From: Eledone cirrhosa
Lineage: Eukaryota
NCBI GenBank assembly: GCA_964016885.1
Contig: OZ024742.1
Coordinates: 5,642,001-5,706,000, forward strand
DNA length: 64,000 nt
Direction of reading: 5' to 3'
Shown here: positions 24,672-37,800 of the stretch, in pieces
How positions within the stretch are numbered: the first letter of the stretch is position 1
Layout of the letters: each line of letters starts with the position of its first letter
Made by a program: the position numbers and the translations under genes
Notes under the pieces: generated by a model
The model's database searches: none
The model's input: the letters and a program-made list of their open reading frames with translations, nothing else
What the model was told of the DNA's origin: nothing

Positions 24672-24785
24672 AACCAGTAAGACCCCGGGGTCTTACTGGT
24701 TCCTATTACCCACTCTACTACCTCAAGTATTGAGTACTTTGGTGCGTTATGGTCCACCTGGTTCCTTACCACATTTCCTTCGTTA
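24667..24785 (+). mobile_element. Minimal family A insertion: perfect 20-bp-arm palindrome plus tail
   Basis: ATAGGAACCAGTAAGACCCC|GGGGTCTTACTGGTTCCTAT followed by the tail (reverse complement of 10111-10190); (TA)n on both sides. Confidence 0.92.
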
Positions 24786-24802
24786 TATATATATATATAT
24801 AT

Positions 24803-24840
<38 letters not shown>

Positions 24841-25345
24841 TGGGTCTCGATCAGTTCAGGAGACAAATGTTCTGGTTGATTCTATCAATGAAACAACTGG
24901 TTCAGGAGATTCAATATCAAATCTGATCCAGAGTTGACAATCCAAATATTTCCTATATTACATTGTTCTATTACAATGTCACCTTCAGTTTATGTTGTTT
25001 TTAAGGACAGTGGAGTGCGATTAAAGAGATATTTAGCTGCTATCTTTAGCAGATCGTGAAACCAAGTAAGAGGTTTCTTCGCTGACTCGTTGTTTTGTGG
25101 CAATAAGATTCAGTTATCCAATATAACAGCTCGAAACCACAGACATATCGATTTCAACAACCAATACACATGTCTGCAATTGAAACAAAATAACAAAACA
25201 AAACAAAAAAAAACAAAAAAAACAAAAGAAAGCCAACGAAAAGAACCCCCACCCACACCAATAGTTCTATTTCAAGAAGTTTATTTAATCTGTCTTAGAG
25301 TAGATTAATGAAAGGTTCCAACTCTGAGGCTGTTTATTAAATAGA

Positions 25346-25515
25346 GTTTCTACTTATGGTACAAGGCCAGCGATTACCCCAATGCATCACTGGTACTTTA
25401 GTTTATCGAACTCGTAAGGATGAAAGGCAAAGTTAACCTCAGCGGATTTGAACTCAGAACGCAAAGGACCATAACTATGTTGCAAACCATGGTGTCTGAC
25501 GCTCTACCGATTCTG
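25346..25515 (-). mobile_element. tRNA-derived SINE, same family as 22051-22235
   Basis: Reverse complement contains CAGAATCGGTAGAGCG, GAGTTCAAATCC, TTTGCCTTTCATCCTTACG, AAAGTACCAG and CTGGCCTTGT. Confidence 0.85.
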
Positions 25516-25649
25516 AGGTGAGGTCTTAACGGCGAAATTTCACGTTATATGTCTTATGGATCTGGGTTGTTTTGTCATAAACCTGCTCGATCAGGTTTGA
25601 TCGGGGGTTGGGGTCTAAACAACAAGTAATATTTACTCTATTATATATA

Positions 25650-25775
25650 TGGTTTATACGATCATAATGTCGTGGGTTCGATTCCCGGACGTTGCTCTAT
25701 TATAATTATTAAAAGATGAGTACCAATAGTAAGTGGAGATTTAACACTGTTATGGACTTGCGTCTTGTACTGGGG
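25650..25775 (+). mobile_element. Degenerate SINE fragment
   Basis: B box GGTTCGATTCC at ~25675 and a downstream ATGAGTACC motif. Confidence 0.4.
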
Positions 25776-25894
25776 GCTTTTTAAGAATGACTGAGTGAGT
25801 GTATGTGTGTGTAAGCCTGACTAAGTGTATGTGTGTACATGTAAGAATAACTCAAAGTGTGTGTATATATGTGTAAGAATGATTGACTGAGTGT

Positions 25895-28800
25895 GTGTCT
25901 CAGAAGCTGCAGTGTGTGTTGTATCTCAGAAGCTCCAGTGTGTGGCATGTCAGAAGCTGCAGTGTGTGGTATGTCAGAAGCTCCAGTGTGGTATGTCAGT
26001 AGCTCCAGTGTGGTGTGTCACTAGCTCCAGTGTGTGGTATGTCAGACGATCCAGTGTGTGGTATGTCAGAAGCTCCAGTATGGTATGTCACTAGCTCCAG
26101 TGTGGTATGTCAGAAGCTCCAGTGTGGTATGTCAGTAGCTCCAGTGTGGTATGTCAGAAGCTCCAGTCTGGTGTGTCAGTAACTCCAGTGTGGTATGTCA
26201 GTAACTCCAGTGTGGTATGTCAGTAACTCCAGTGTGGTGTGTCAGAAGCTCCAGTGTGTGGTGTGTCAGTAGCTCCAGTGTGGTATGTCAGTAACTCCAG
26301 TGTGGTGTGTCAGAAGCTCCAGTGTGTGGTCTGTCAGAAGCTCCAGTGTGTGGTGTGTCAGTAGCTCCAGTGTGGTATGTCAGTAACTCCAGTGTGGTGT
26401 GTCAGTAGCTCCAGTGTGTGGTGTGTCAGTAGCTCCAGTGTGGTATGTCAGTAACTCCAGTGTGGTATGTCAGTAGCTCCAGTGTGGTGTGTCAGTAGCT
26501 CCAGTGTGTGGTGTGTCAGTAGCTCCAGTGTGGTATGTCAGTAACTCCAGTGTGGTATGTCAGTAGCTCCAATGTGGTGTGTCAGTAGCTCCAGTGTGTG
26601 GTGTGTCAGTAGCTCCAGTGTGGTATGGCAGTAACTCCAGTGTGGTGTGTCAGTAGCTCCAGTGTGTGGTGTGTCAGTAGCTCCAGTGTGGTGTGTCAGA
26701 AGCTCCAGTGTGTGGTGTGTCAGTAGCTCCAGTGTGGTATGTCAGTAACTCCAGTGTGGTGTGTCAGTAGCTCCAGTGTGTGGTGTGTCAGTAGCTCCAG
26801 TGTGGTGTGTCAGAAGCTCCAGTGTGTGGTGTGTCAGTAACTCCAGTGTGGTGTGTCAGAAGCTCCAGTGTGTGGTGTGTCAGTAACTCCAGTGTGGTGT
26901 GTCACTAGCTCCAGTGTGTGGTATGTCAGACGATCCAGTGTGTGGTATGTCAGAAGCTCCAGTATGGTATGTCACTAGCTTCAGTGTGGTATGTCAGAAG
27001 CTCCAGTGTGGTATGTCAGTAGCTCCAGTGTGGTATGTCAGAAGCTCTATTGTGTGGTATGTCAGAAGCTCCAGTGTGTGGTATGTCGGAAGCTCCAGTG
27101 TGGTATGTCAGAAGCTCTAGTGTGTGGTATGTCGGAAGCCCCAGTGTGGTATGTCAGAAGCTCCAGAGTGTGGTATGTAGGAAGCTCCAGTGTGGTTTGT
27201 CAGAAGTTCCAGTGTGTGGTGTGTCAGTATCTCCAGTGTGGTATGTCAGTAGCTCCAGTGTGGTATGTCAGCAGCTCCAGTGTGTGGTATGTCAGTATCT
27301 CCAGTGTGGTATGTCAGTAGCTCCAGTGTGGTACGTCAGTATCTCCAGTGTGGTATGTCAGTAGCTCCATTGTGGTATGTCAGTAGTTCCAGTGTGGTAT
27401 GTCATTAGCTGCAGTGTGGTATGTCAGTAGTTCCAGTGTGGTATGTCAGTAGCTCCAGTGTGGTATGTCAGTAGCTCCAGTGTGGTATGTCAGTAACTCC
27501 AGTGTGGTGTGTCAGTAGCTCCAGTGTGTGGAATGTCAGAAGCTCCAGTGTGTGGTGTGTCAGTAACTCCAGTGTGGTGTGTCAGTAACTCCAGTGTGGT
27601 GTGTCAGAAGCTCCAGTGTGTGGTGTATCAGTAACTCCAGTGTGGTGTGTCAGTAGCTCCAGTGTGTGGAATGTCAGAAGCTCCAGCGTGTGGTGTGTCA
27701 GTAACTCCAGTGTGGTGTGTCAGTAACTCCAGTGTGGTGTGTCAGTAACTCCAGTGTGGTGTGTCAGAAGCTCCAGTGTGTGGTGTGTCAGTAACTCCAG
27801 TGTGGTATGTCAGTAGCTCCAGTGTGGTGTGTCAGTAACTCCAGTGTGGTGTGTCAGAAGCTCCAGTGTGTGGTGTATCAGTAACTCCAGTGTGGTATGT
27901 CAGAAGCTCCAGTGTCGTGTGTCAGTAACTCCAGTGTGGTATGTCAGTAGCTCCAGTGTGGTGTGTCAGTAACTCCAGTGTGGTGTGTCAGAAGCTCCAG
28001 TGTGTGATGTATCAGTAACTCCAGTGTGGTATGTCAGTAGCTCCAGTGTGGTGTGTCAGTAACTCCAGTGTGGTGTGTCAGAAGCTCCAGTGTGTGGTGT
28101 GTCAGTAACTCCAGTGTGGTATGTCAGAAGCTCCAGTGTGTGGTGTGTCAGTAACTCCAGTGTGGTATGTCAGTAGCTCCAGTGTGTGGTGTGACAGTAA
28201 CTCCAGTGTGGTGTGTCAGAAGCTCCAGTGTGTGGTGTGTCAGTAACTCCAGTGTGGTGTGTCAGAAGCTCCAGTGTGTGGTGTGTCAGTAACTCCAGTG
28301 TGGTATGTCAGTAGCTCCAGTGTGGTGTGTCAGAAGCTCCAGTGTGGTATGTCAGTAACTCCAGTGTGGTGTGTCAGTAACTCCAGTGTGGTATGTCAGT
28401 AACTCCAGTGTGGTGTGTCAGAAGCTCCAGTGTGTGGTGTGTCAGTAGCTCCAGTGTGGTATGTCAGTAACTCCAGTGTGGTGTGTCAGAAGCTCCAGTG
28501 TGTGGTCTGTCAGAAGCTCCAGTGTGTGGTATGTCAGTAACTCCAGTGTGTGGTGTGTCAGTAACTCCAGTGTGGTGTGTCAGTAGCTCCAGTGTGTGGA
28601 ATGTCAGAAGCTCCAGTGTGGTATGTCAGTAACTCCAGTGTGGTATGTCAGTAGCTCCAGTGTGTGGTATGTCAGAAGCTCCAGTGTGTGGTGTGTCAGT
28701 AGCTCCAGTGTGGTATGTCAGAAGCTCCAGTGTGTGGAATGTCAGAAGCTCCAGTGTGGTATGTCAGAAGCTCCAGTGTGGTGTGTCAGTAGCTCCAGTG

Positions 28801-31800
28801 TGTGGTATGTCAGTAACTCCAGTGTGGTGTGTCAGAAGCTCCAGTGTGTGGTATGTCAGTAACTCCAGTGTGGTGTGTCAGAAGCTCCAGTGTGTGGTGT
28901 GTCAGTAGCTCCAGTGTGGTATGTCAGAAGCTCCAGTGTGTGGAATGTCAGAAGCTCCAGTGTGGTATGTCAGAAGCTCCAGTGTGGTGTGTCAGTAGCT
29001 CCAGTGTGTGGTATGTCAGTAACTCCAGTGTGGTTTGTCAGAAGCTCCAGTGTGTGGTATGTCAGTAACTCCAGTGTGGTGTGTCAGAAGCTCCAGTGTG
29101 TGGTATGTCAGTAACTCCAGTGTGGTGTGTCAGAAGCTCCAGTGTGTGGTATGTCAGTAACTCCAGTGTGGTGTGTCAGAAGCTCCAGTGTGTGGTGTGT
29201 CAGTAGCTCCAGTGTGGTATGTCAGAAGCTCCAGTGTGTTGAATGTCAGTAGCTCCAGTGTGGTATGTCAGAAGCTCCAGTGTGGTGTGTCAGAAGCTCC
29301 AGTGTGTGGTATGTCAGAAGCTCCAGTGTGGTGTGTCAGTAGCTCCAGTGTGTGGTATGTCAGAAGCTCCAGTGTGGTGTGTCAGTAGCTCCAGTGTGGT
29401 ATGTCAGAAGCTCCAGTGTGTGGTGTGTCAGTAGCTCCAGTGTGGTATGTCAGAAGCTCCAGTGTGTGGAATGTCAGAAGCTCCAGTGTGGTGTGTCAGT
29501 AACTCCAGTGAGGTATGTCAGTAGCTCCAGTGTGTGGTATGTCAGTAACTCCAGTGTGGTGTGTCAGTAACTCCAGTGTGGTGTGTCAGTAGCTCCAGTG
29601 TATGGTGTGTCAGAAGCTCCAGTGTGTGGTGTGTCAGAAGCTCCAATGTGTGGTGTGTCAGTAACTCTAGTGTGGTGTGTCAGTAGCTCCAGTGTGTGGA
29701 ATGTCAGAAGCTCCAGTGTGGTATGTCATAAGCTCCAGTGTGTAGTGTGTCAGAAGCTCCAGTGTGTGGTATGTCAGAAGCTCCAGTGTGGTGTGTCAGT
29801 AACTCCAGTGTGGTGTGTCAGTAACTCCAGCGTGGTGTGTCAGAAGCTCCAGTGTGTGGTGTATCAGTAACTCCAGTGTGGTATGTCAGTAGCTCCAGTG
29901 TGGTGTGTCAGTAACTCCAGTGTGGTGTGTCAGTAACTCCAGTGAGTGGTGTATCAGTAACTCCAGTGTGGTATGTCAGTAACTCCAGTGTGTGGTATGT
30001 CAGTAGCTCCAGTGTGGTGTGTCAGTAACTCCAGTGTGGTGTGTCAGTAACGCCAGTGTGTGGTATGTCAGTAGCTCCAGTGTGGTGTGTCAGTAACTCC
30101 AGTGTGGTGTGTCAGTAACTCCAGTGTGTGGTATGTCAGTAACTCCAGTGTGGTATGTCAGTAACTCCAGTGTGGTGTGTCAGTAACTCCAGTGTGGTAT
30201 GTCAGTAACTCCAGTGTGGTATGTCAGTAGCTCCAGTGTGGTGTGTCAGAAGCTCCAGTGTGGTATGTCAGTAACTCCAGTGTGTGGTGTGTCAGTAACT
30301 CCAGTGTGGTGTGTCAGTAGCTGCAGTGTGTGGAATGTCAGAAGTTCCAGTGTGGTATGTCAGTAACTCCAGTGTGGTATGTCAGTAGCTCCAGTGTGTG
30401 GTATGTCAGAAGCTCCAGTGTGTGGTGTGTCAGTAGCTCCAGTGTGGTATGTCAGAAGCTCCAGTGTGTGGAATGTCAGAAGCTCCAGTGTGGTATGTCA
30501 GAAGCTCCAGTGTGGTATGTCAGAAGCTCCAGTGTGGTGTGTCAGTAGCTCCAGTGTGTGGTATGTCAGTAACTCCAGTGTGGTGTGTCAGAAGCTCCAG
30601 TGTGTGGTATGTCAGTAACTCCAGTGTGGTGTGTCAGAAGCTCCAGTGTGTGGTATGTCAGTAACTCCAGCGTGGTGTGTCAGAAGCTCCAGTGTGTGGT
30701 GTGTCAGTAGCTCCAGTGTGGTATGTCAGAAGCTCCAGTGTGTGGAATGTCAGAAGCTCCAGTGTGGTATGTCAGAAGCTCCAGTGTGGTGTGTCAGTAG
30801 CTCCAGTGTGTGGTATGTCAGTAACTCCAGTGTGGTTTGTCAGAAGCTCCAGTGTGTGGTATGTCAGTAACTCCAGTGTGGTGTGTCAGAAGCTCCAGTG
30901 TGTGGTATGTCAGTAACTCCAGTGTGGTGTGTCAGAAGCTCCAGTGTGTGGTATGTCAGTAACTCCAGTGTGGTGTGTCAGAAGCTCCAGTTTGTGGTGT
31001 GTCAGTAGCTCCAGTGTGGTATGTCAGAAGCTCCAGTGTGTGGAATGTCAGTAGCTCCAGTGTGGTATGTCAGAAGCTCCAGTGTGGTGTGTCAGAAGCT
31101 CCAGTGTGTGGTATGTCAGAAGCTCCAGTGTGGTGTGTCAGTAGCTCCAGTGTGTGGTATGTCAGAAGCTCCAGTGTGGTGTGTCAGTAGCTCCAGTGTG
31201 GTATGTCAGAAGCTCCAGTGTGTGGTGTGTTAGTAGCTCCAGTGTGGTATGTCAGAAGCTCCAGTGTGTGGAATGTCAGAAGCTCCAGTGTGGTGTGTCA
31301 GTAACTCCAGTGAGGTATGTCAGTAGCTCCAGTGTGTGGTATGTCAGTAACTCCAGTGTGGTGTATCAGTAACTCCAGTGTGGTGTGTCAGTAGCTCCAG
31401 TGTGTGGTGTGTCAGAAGCTCCAGTGTGTGGTGTGTCAGAAGCTCCAATGTGTGGTGTGTCAGTAACTCCAGTGTGGTGTGTCAGTAGATCCAGTGTGTG
31501 GAATGTCAGAAGCTCCAGTGTGGTATGTCAGAAGCTCCAGTGTGTAGTGTGTCAGAGGCTCCAGTGTGTGGTATGTCAGAAGCTCCAGTGTGGTGTGTCA
31601 GTAACTCCAGTGTGGTGTGTCAGTAACTCCAGCGTGGTGTGTCAGAAGCTCCAGTGTGTGGTGTATCAGTAACTCCAGTGTGGTATGTCAGTAGCTCCAG
31701 TGTGGTGTGTCAGTAACTCCAGTGTGGTGTGTCAGTAAATCCAGTGTGTGGTGTATCAGTAACTCCAGTGTGGTATGTCAGTAACTCCAGTGTGTGGTAT

Positions 31801-34800
31801 GTCAGTAGCTCCAGTGTGGTGTGTCAGTAACTCCAGTGTGGTGTGTCAGTAACTCCAGTGTGTGGTATGTCAGTAACTCCAGTGTGGTATGTCAGTAACT
31901 CCAGTGTGGTGTGTCAGTAACTCCAGTGTGGTATGTCAGTAACTCCAGTGTGGTATGTCAGTAGCTCTAGTGTGGTGTGTCAGAAGCTCCAGTGTGTGGT
32001 GTGTCAGAAGCTCCAGTGTGTGGTGTGTCAGTAACTCCAGTGTGGTGTGTCAGTAGCTCCAGTGTGTGGAATGTCAGAAGCTCCAGTGTGTGGTGTATCA
32101 GTAACTCCAGTGTGGTGTGTCAGAAGTTCCAGTGTGGTGTGTCAGTAACTCCAGTGTGTGGAATGTCAGAAGCTCCAGTGTGTGGTGTGTCAGTAACTCC
32201 AGCGTGTGGAATGTCAGAAGCTCCAGTGTGTGGTGTGTCAGTAACTCCAGTGTGTGGAATGTCAGAAGCTCCAGTGTGTGGTGTGTCAGTAACTCCAGTG
32301 TGTGGAATGTCAGAAGCTCCAGTGTGTGGTGTGTCAGTAACTCCAGTGTGTGGAATGCCAGAAGCTCCAGTGTGTGGTGTGTCAGTAGCTCCAGTGTGTG
32401 GAATGTCAGAAGCTCCAGTGTGTGGTATGTCAGTAACTCCAGTGTGGTGTGTCAGAAGCTCCAGTGTGTGGTATGTCAGTAACTCCAGTGTGGTGTGTCA
32501 GTAACTCCAGTGTGGTATGTCAGAAGCTCCAGTGTGTGGTGTGTCAGTAACTCCAGTGTGGAATGTCAGTAACTCCAGTGTGGTATGTCAGTAACTCCAG
32601 TGTGGTATGTCAGTAACTCCAGTGTGTGGTATGTCAGTAACTCCAGTGTGGTGTGTCAGTAACTCCAGTGTGGTATGTCAGTAGCTCCAGTGTGGTGTGT
32701 CAGTAACTCCAGTGTGGTGTGTCAGAAGCTCCAGTGTGTGGTGTGTCAGTAGCTCCAGTGTGGTATGTCAGTAACTCCAGTGTGGTGTGTCAGAAGCTCC
32801 AGTGTGGTATGTCAGTAGCTCCAGTGTGGTATGTCAGAAGCTCCACTCTGGTGTGTCAGTAACTCCAGTGTGGTATGTCAGTAACTCCAGTGTGGTATGT
32901 CAGTAACTCCAGTGTGGTGTGTCAGAAGCTCCAGTGTGTGGTGTGTCAGTAGCTCCAGTGTGGTATGTCAGTAACTCCAGTGTGGTATGTCAGTAGCTCC
33001 AGTGTGGTGTGTCAGTAGCTCCAGTGTGTGGTGTGTCAGTAGCTCCAGTGTGGTATGTCAGTAACTCCAGTGTGGTATGTCAGTAGCTCCAGTGTGGTGT
33101 GTCAGTAGCTCCAGTGTGTGGTGTGTCAGTAGCTCCAGTGTGGTATGTCAGTAACTCCAGTGTGGTGTGTCAGTAGCTCCAGTGTGTGGTGTGTCAGTAG
33201 CTCCAGTGTTGTGTGTCAGAAGCTCCAGTGTGTGGTGTGTCAGTAGCTCCAGTGTGGTATGTCAGTAACTCCAGTGTGGTGTGTCAGTAGCTCCAGTGTG
33301 TGGTGTGTCAGTAGCTCCAGTGTGGTATGTCAGTAACTCCAGTGTGGTGTGTCAGTAGCTCCAGTGTGGTGTGTCAGAAGCTCCAGTGTGTGGTGTGTCA
33401 GTAGCTCCAGTGTGGAGTGTCAGTAGCTCCAGTGTGTGGTGTGTCAGTAGCTCCAGTGTGGTGTGTCAGAAGGTCCAGTGTGTGTTGTGTCAGTAGCTCC
33501 AGTGTGGTATGTCAGTAACTCCAGTGTGGTGTGTCAGTAGCTCCAGTGTGTGGTGTGTCAGTAGCTCCAGTGTGGTGTGTCAGAAGCTCCAGTGTGTGGT
33601 GTGTCAGTAACTCCAGTGTGTGATGTGTCAGTAACTCCAGTGTGGAATGTCAGTAACTCCAGTGTGGTGTATCAGTAACTCCAGTGTGGTATGTCAGTAG
33701 CTCCAGTGTGGTGTGTCAGTAACTCCAGTGTGGTGTGTCAGAAGCTCCAGTGTGTGATGTGTCAGTAACTCCAGTGTGGAATGTCAGTAACTCCAGTGTG
33801 GTGTATCAGTAACTCCAGTGTGGTATGTCAGTAGCTCCAGTGTGGTGTGTCAGTAACTCCAGTGTGGTATGTCAGAAGCTCCAGTGTGTGGTGTGTCACT
33901 AACTCCAGTGTGGTATGTCAGTAGCTCCAGTGTGTGGTGTGACAGTAACTCCAGTGTGGTGTGTCAGAAGCTCCAGTGTGTGGTATGTCAGTAGCTCCAG
34001 TGTGGTGTGTCAGAAGCTCCAGTGTGGTATGTCAGTAACTCCAGTGTGTGGTGTGTCAGTAACTCCAGTGTGGTGTGTCAGTAGCTCCAGTGTGTGGAAT
34101 GTCAGAAGCTCCAGTGTGGTATGTCAGTAACTCCAGTGTGGTATGTCAGTAGCTCCAGTGTGTGGTATGTCAGAAGCTCCAGTGTGTGGTGTGTCAGTAG
34201 CTCCAGTGTGGTATGTCAGAAGCTCCAGTGTGTGGAATGTCAGAAGCTCCAGTGTGGTATGTCAGAAGCTCCAGTGTGGTGTGTCAGTAGCTCCAGTGTG
34301 TGGTATGTCAGTAACTCCAGTGTGGTGTGTCAGAAGCTCCAGTGTGTGGTATGTCAGTAACTCCAGTGTGGTGTGTCAGAAGCTCCAGTGTGTGGTGTGT
34401 CAGTAACTCCAGTGTGTGGAATGTCAGAAGCTCCAGTGTGTGGTGTGTCAGTAGCTCCAGTGTGTGGAATGTCAGAAGCTCCAGTGTGTGGTATGTCAGT
34501 AACTCCAGTGTGGTGTGTCAGAAGCTCCAGTGTGTGGTATGTCAGTAACTCCAGTGTGGTGTGTCAGTAACTCCAGTGTGGTATGTCAGAAGCTCCAGTG
34601 TGTGGTGTGTCAGTAACTCCAGTGTGGAATGTCAGTAACTCCAGTGTGGTATGTCAGTAACTCCAGTGTGGTATGTCAGTAACTCCAGTGTGTGGTATGT
34701 CAGTAACTCCAGTGTGGTGTGTCAGTAACTCCAGTGTGGTATGTCAGTAGCTCCAGTGTGGTGTGTCAGTAACTCCAGTGTGGTGTGTCAGAAGCTCCAA

Positions 34801-37800
34801 TGTGTGGTGTGTCAGTAGCTCCAGTGTGGTATGTCAGTAACTCCAGTGTGGTGTGTCAGAAGCTCCAGTGTGGTATGTCAGTAGCTCCAGTGTGGTATGT
34901 CAGAAGCTCCAGTCTGGTGTGTCAGTAACTCCAGTGTGGTATGTCAGTAACTCCAGTGTGGTATGTCAGTAACTCCAGTGTGGTGTGTCAGAAGCTCCAG
35001 TGTGTGGTGTGTCAGTAGCTCCAGTGTGGTATGTCAGTAACTCCAGTGTGGTATGTCAGTAGCTCCAGTGTGGTGTGTCAGTAGCTCCAGTGTGTGGTGT
35101 GTCAGTAGCTCCAGTGTGGTATGTCAGTAACTCCAGTGTGGTATGTCAGTAGCTCCAGTGTGGTGTGTCAGTAGCTCCAGTGTGTGGTGTGTCAGTAGCT
35201 CCAGTGTGTGGTGTGTCAGTAGCTCCAGTGTGGTGTGTCAGAAGCTCCAGTGTGTGGTGTGTCAGTAGCTCCAGTGTGGTATGTCAGTAACTCCAGTGTG
35301 GTGTGTCAGTAGCTCCAGTGTGTGGTGTGTCAGTAGCTCCAGTGTGGTGTGTCAGAAGCTCCAGTGTGTGGTGTGTCAGTAGCTCCAGTGTGGTATGTCA
35401 GTAACTCCAGTGTGGTGTGTCAGTAGCTCCAGTGTGGTGTGTCAGAAGCTCCAGTGTGTGGTGTGTCAGTAGCTCCAGTGTGGAGTGTCAGTAGCTCCAG
35501 TGTGTGGTGTGTCAGTAGCTCCAGTGTGGTGTGTCAGAAGGTCCAGTGTGTGTTGTGTCAGTAGCTCCAGTGTGGTATGTCAGTAACTCCAGTGTGGTGT
35601 GTCAGTAGCTCCAGTGTGTGGTATGTCAGTAGCTCCAGTGTGGTGTGTCAGAAGCTCCAGTGTGTGGTGTGTCAGTAACTCCAGTGTGTGATGTGTCAGT
35701 AACTCCAGTGTGGAATGTCAGTAACTCCAGTGTGGTGTATCAGTAACTCCAGTGTGGTATGTCAGTAGCTCCAGTGTGGTGTGTCAGTAACTCCAGTGTG
35801 GTGTGTCAGAAGCTCCAGTGTGTGATGTGTCAGTAACTCCAGTGTGGAATGTCAGTAACTCCAGTGTGGTGTATCAGTAACTCCAGTGTGGTATGTCAGT
35901 AGCTCCAGTGTGGTGTGTCAGTAACTCCAGTGTGGTATGTCAGAAGCTCCAGTGTGTGGTGTGTCACTAACTCCAGTGTGGTATGTCAGTAGCTCCAGTG
36001 TGTGGTGTGACAGTAACTCCAGTGTGGTGTGTCAGAAGCTCCAGTGTGTGGTATGTCAGTAGCTCCAGTGTGGTGTGTCAGAAGCTCCAGTGTGTGGTAT
36101 GTCAGTAACTCCAGTGTGTGGTGTGTCAGTAACTCCAGTGTGGTGTGTCAGTAGCTCCAGTGTGTGGAATGTCAGAAGCTCCAGTGTGGTATGTCAGTAA
36201 CTCCAGTGTGGTATGTCAGTAGCTCCAGTGTGTGGTATGTCAGAAGCTCCAGTTTGTGGTGTGTCAGTAGCTCCAGTGTGGTATGTCAGAAGCTCCAGTG
36301 TGTGGAATGTCAGAAGCTCCAGTGTGGTATGTCAGAAGCTCCAGTGTGGTGTGTCAGTAGCTCCAGTGTGTGGTATGTCAGTAACTCCAGTGTGGTGTGT
36401 CAGAAGCTCCAGTGTGTGGTATGTCAGTAACTCCAGTGTGGTGTGTCAGAAGCTCCAGTGTGTGGTATGTCAGTAACTCCAGTGTGGTGTGTCAGAAGCT
36501 CCAGTGTGTGGTGTGTCAGTAGCTCCAGTGTGGTATGTCAGAAGCTCCAGTGTGTGGAATGTCAGAAGCTCCAGTGTGGTATGTCAGAAGCTCCAGTGTG
36601 GTGTGTCAGTAGCTCCAGTGTGTGGTATGTCAGTAACTCCAGTGTGGTGTGTCAGAAGCTCCAGTGTGTGGTATGTCAGTAACTCCAGTGTGGTGTGTCA
36701 GAAGCTCCAGTGTGTGGTATGTCAGTAACTCCAGTGTGGTGTGTCAGAAGCTCCAGTGTGTGGTGTGTCAGTAGCTCCAGTGTGGTATGTCAGAAGCTCC
36801 AGTGTGTGGAATGTCAGAAGCTCCAGGGTGGTATGTCAGAAGCTCCAGTGTGGTGTGTCAATAGCTCCAGTGTGTCGTATGTAAGTAACTCCAGTGTGGT
36901 GTGTCAGAAGCTCCAGTGTGTGGTATGTCAGTAACTCCAGTGTGGTGTGTCAGAAGCTCCAGTGTGTGGTATGTCAGTAACTCCAGTGTGGCGTGTCAGA
37001 AGCTCCAGTGTGTCGTGTGTCAGTAGCTCCAGTGTGGTATGTCAGAAGCTCCAGTGTGTGGAATGTCAGAAGCTCCAGTGTGGTATGTCAGAAGCTCCAG
37101 TGTGGTGTGTCAGAAGCTCCAGTGTGTGGTATGTCAGAAGCTCCAGTGTCGTGTGTCAGTAGCTCCAGTGTGTGGTATGTCAGAGGCTCCAGTGTGGTGT
37201 GTCAGTAGCTCCAGTGTGGTATGTCAGAAGCTCCAGTGTGTGGTGTGTCAGTAGCTCCAGTGTGGTATGTCAGAAGCTCCAGTGTGTGGAATGTCAGAAG
37301 CTCCAGTGTGGTGTGTCAGTAACTCCAGTGAGGTATGTCAGTAGCTCCAGTGTGTGGTATGTCAGTAACTCCAGTGTGGTGTGTCAGTAACTCCAGTGTG
37401 GTGTGTCAGTAGCTCCGGTGTGTGGTGTGTCAGAAGCTCCAGTGTGTGGTGTGACAGAAGCTCCAATGTGTGGTGTGTCAGTAACTCAAGTGTGGTGTGT
37501 CAGTAGCTCCAGTGTGTGGAATGTCAGAAGCTCCAGTGTGGTATGTCAGAAGCTCCAGTGTGTAGTGTGTCAGAAGCTCCAGTGTGTGGTATGTCAGAAG
37601 CTCCAGTGTGGTGTGTCAGTAACTCCAGTGTGGTGTGTCAGTAACTCCAGTGTGGTGTGTCAGAAGCTCCAGTGTGTGGTGTATCAGTAACTCCAGTGTG
37701 GTATGTCAGTAGCTCCAGTGTGGTGTGTCAGTAACTCCAGTGTGGTGTGTCAGTAACTTCAGTGTGTGGTGTATCAGTAACTCCAGTGTGGTATGTCAGT

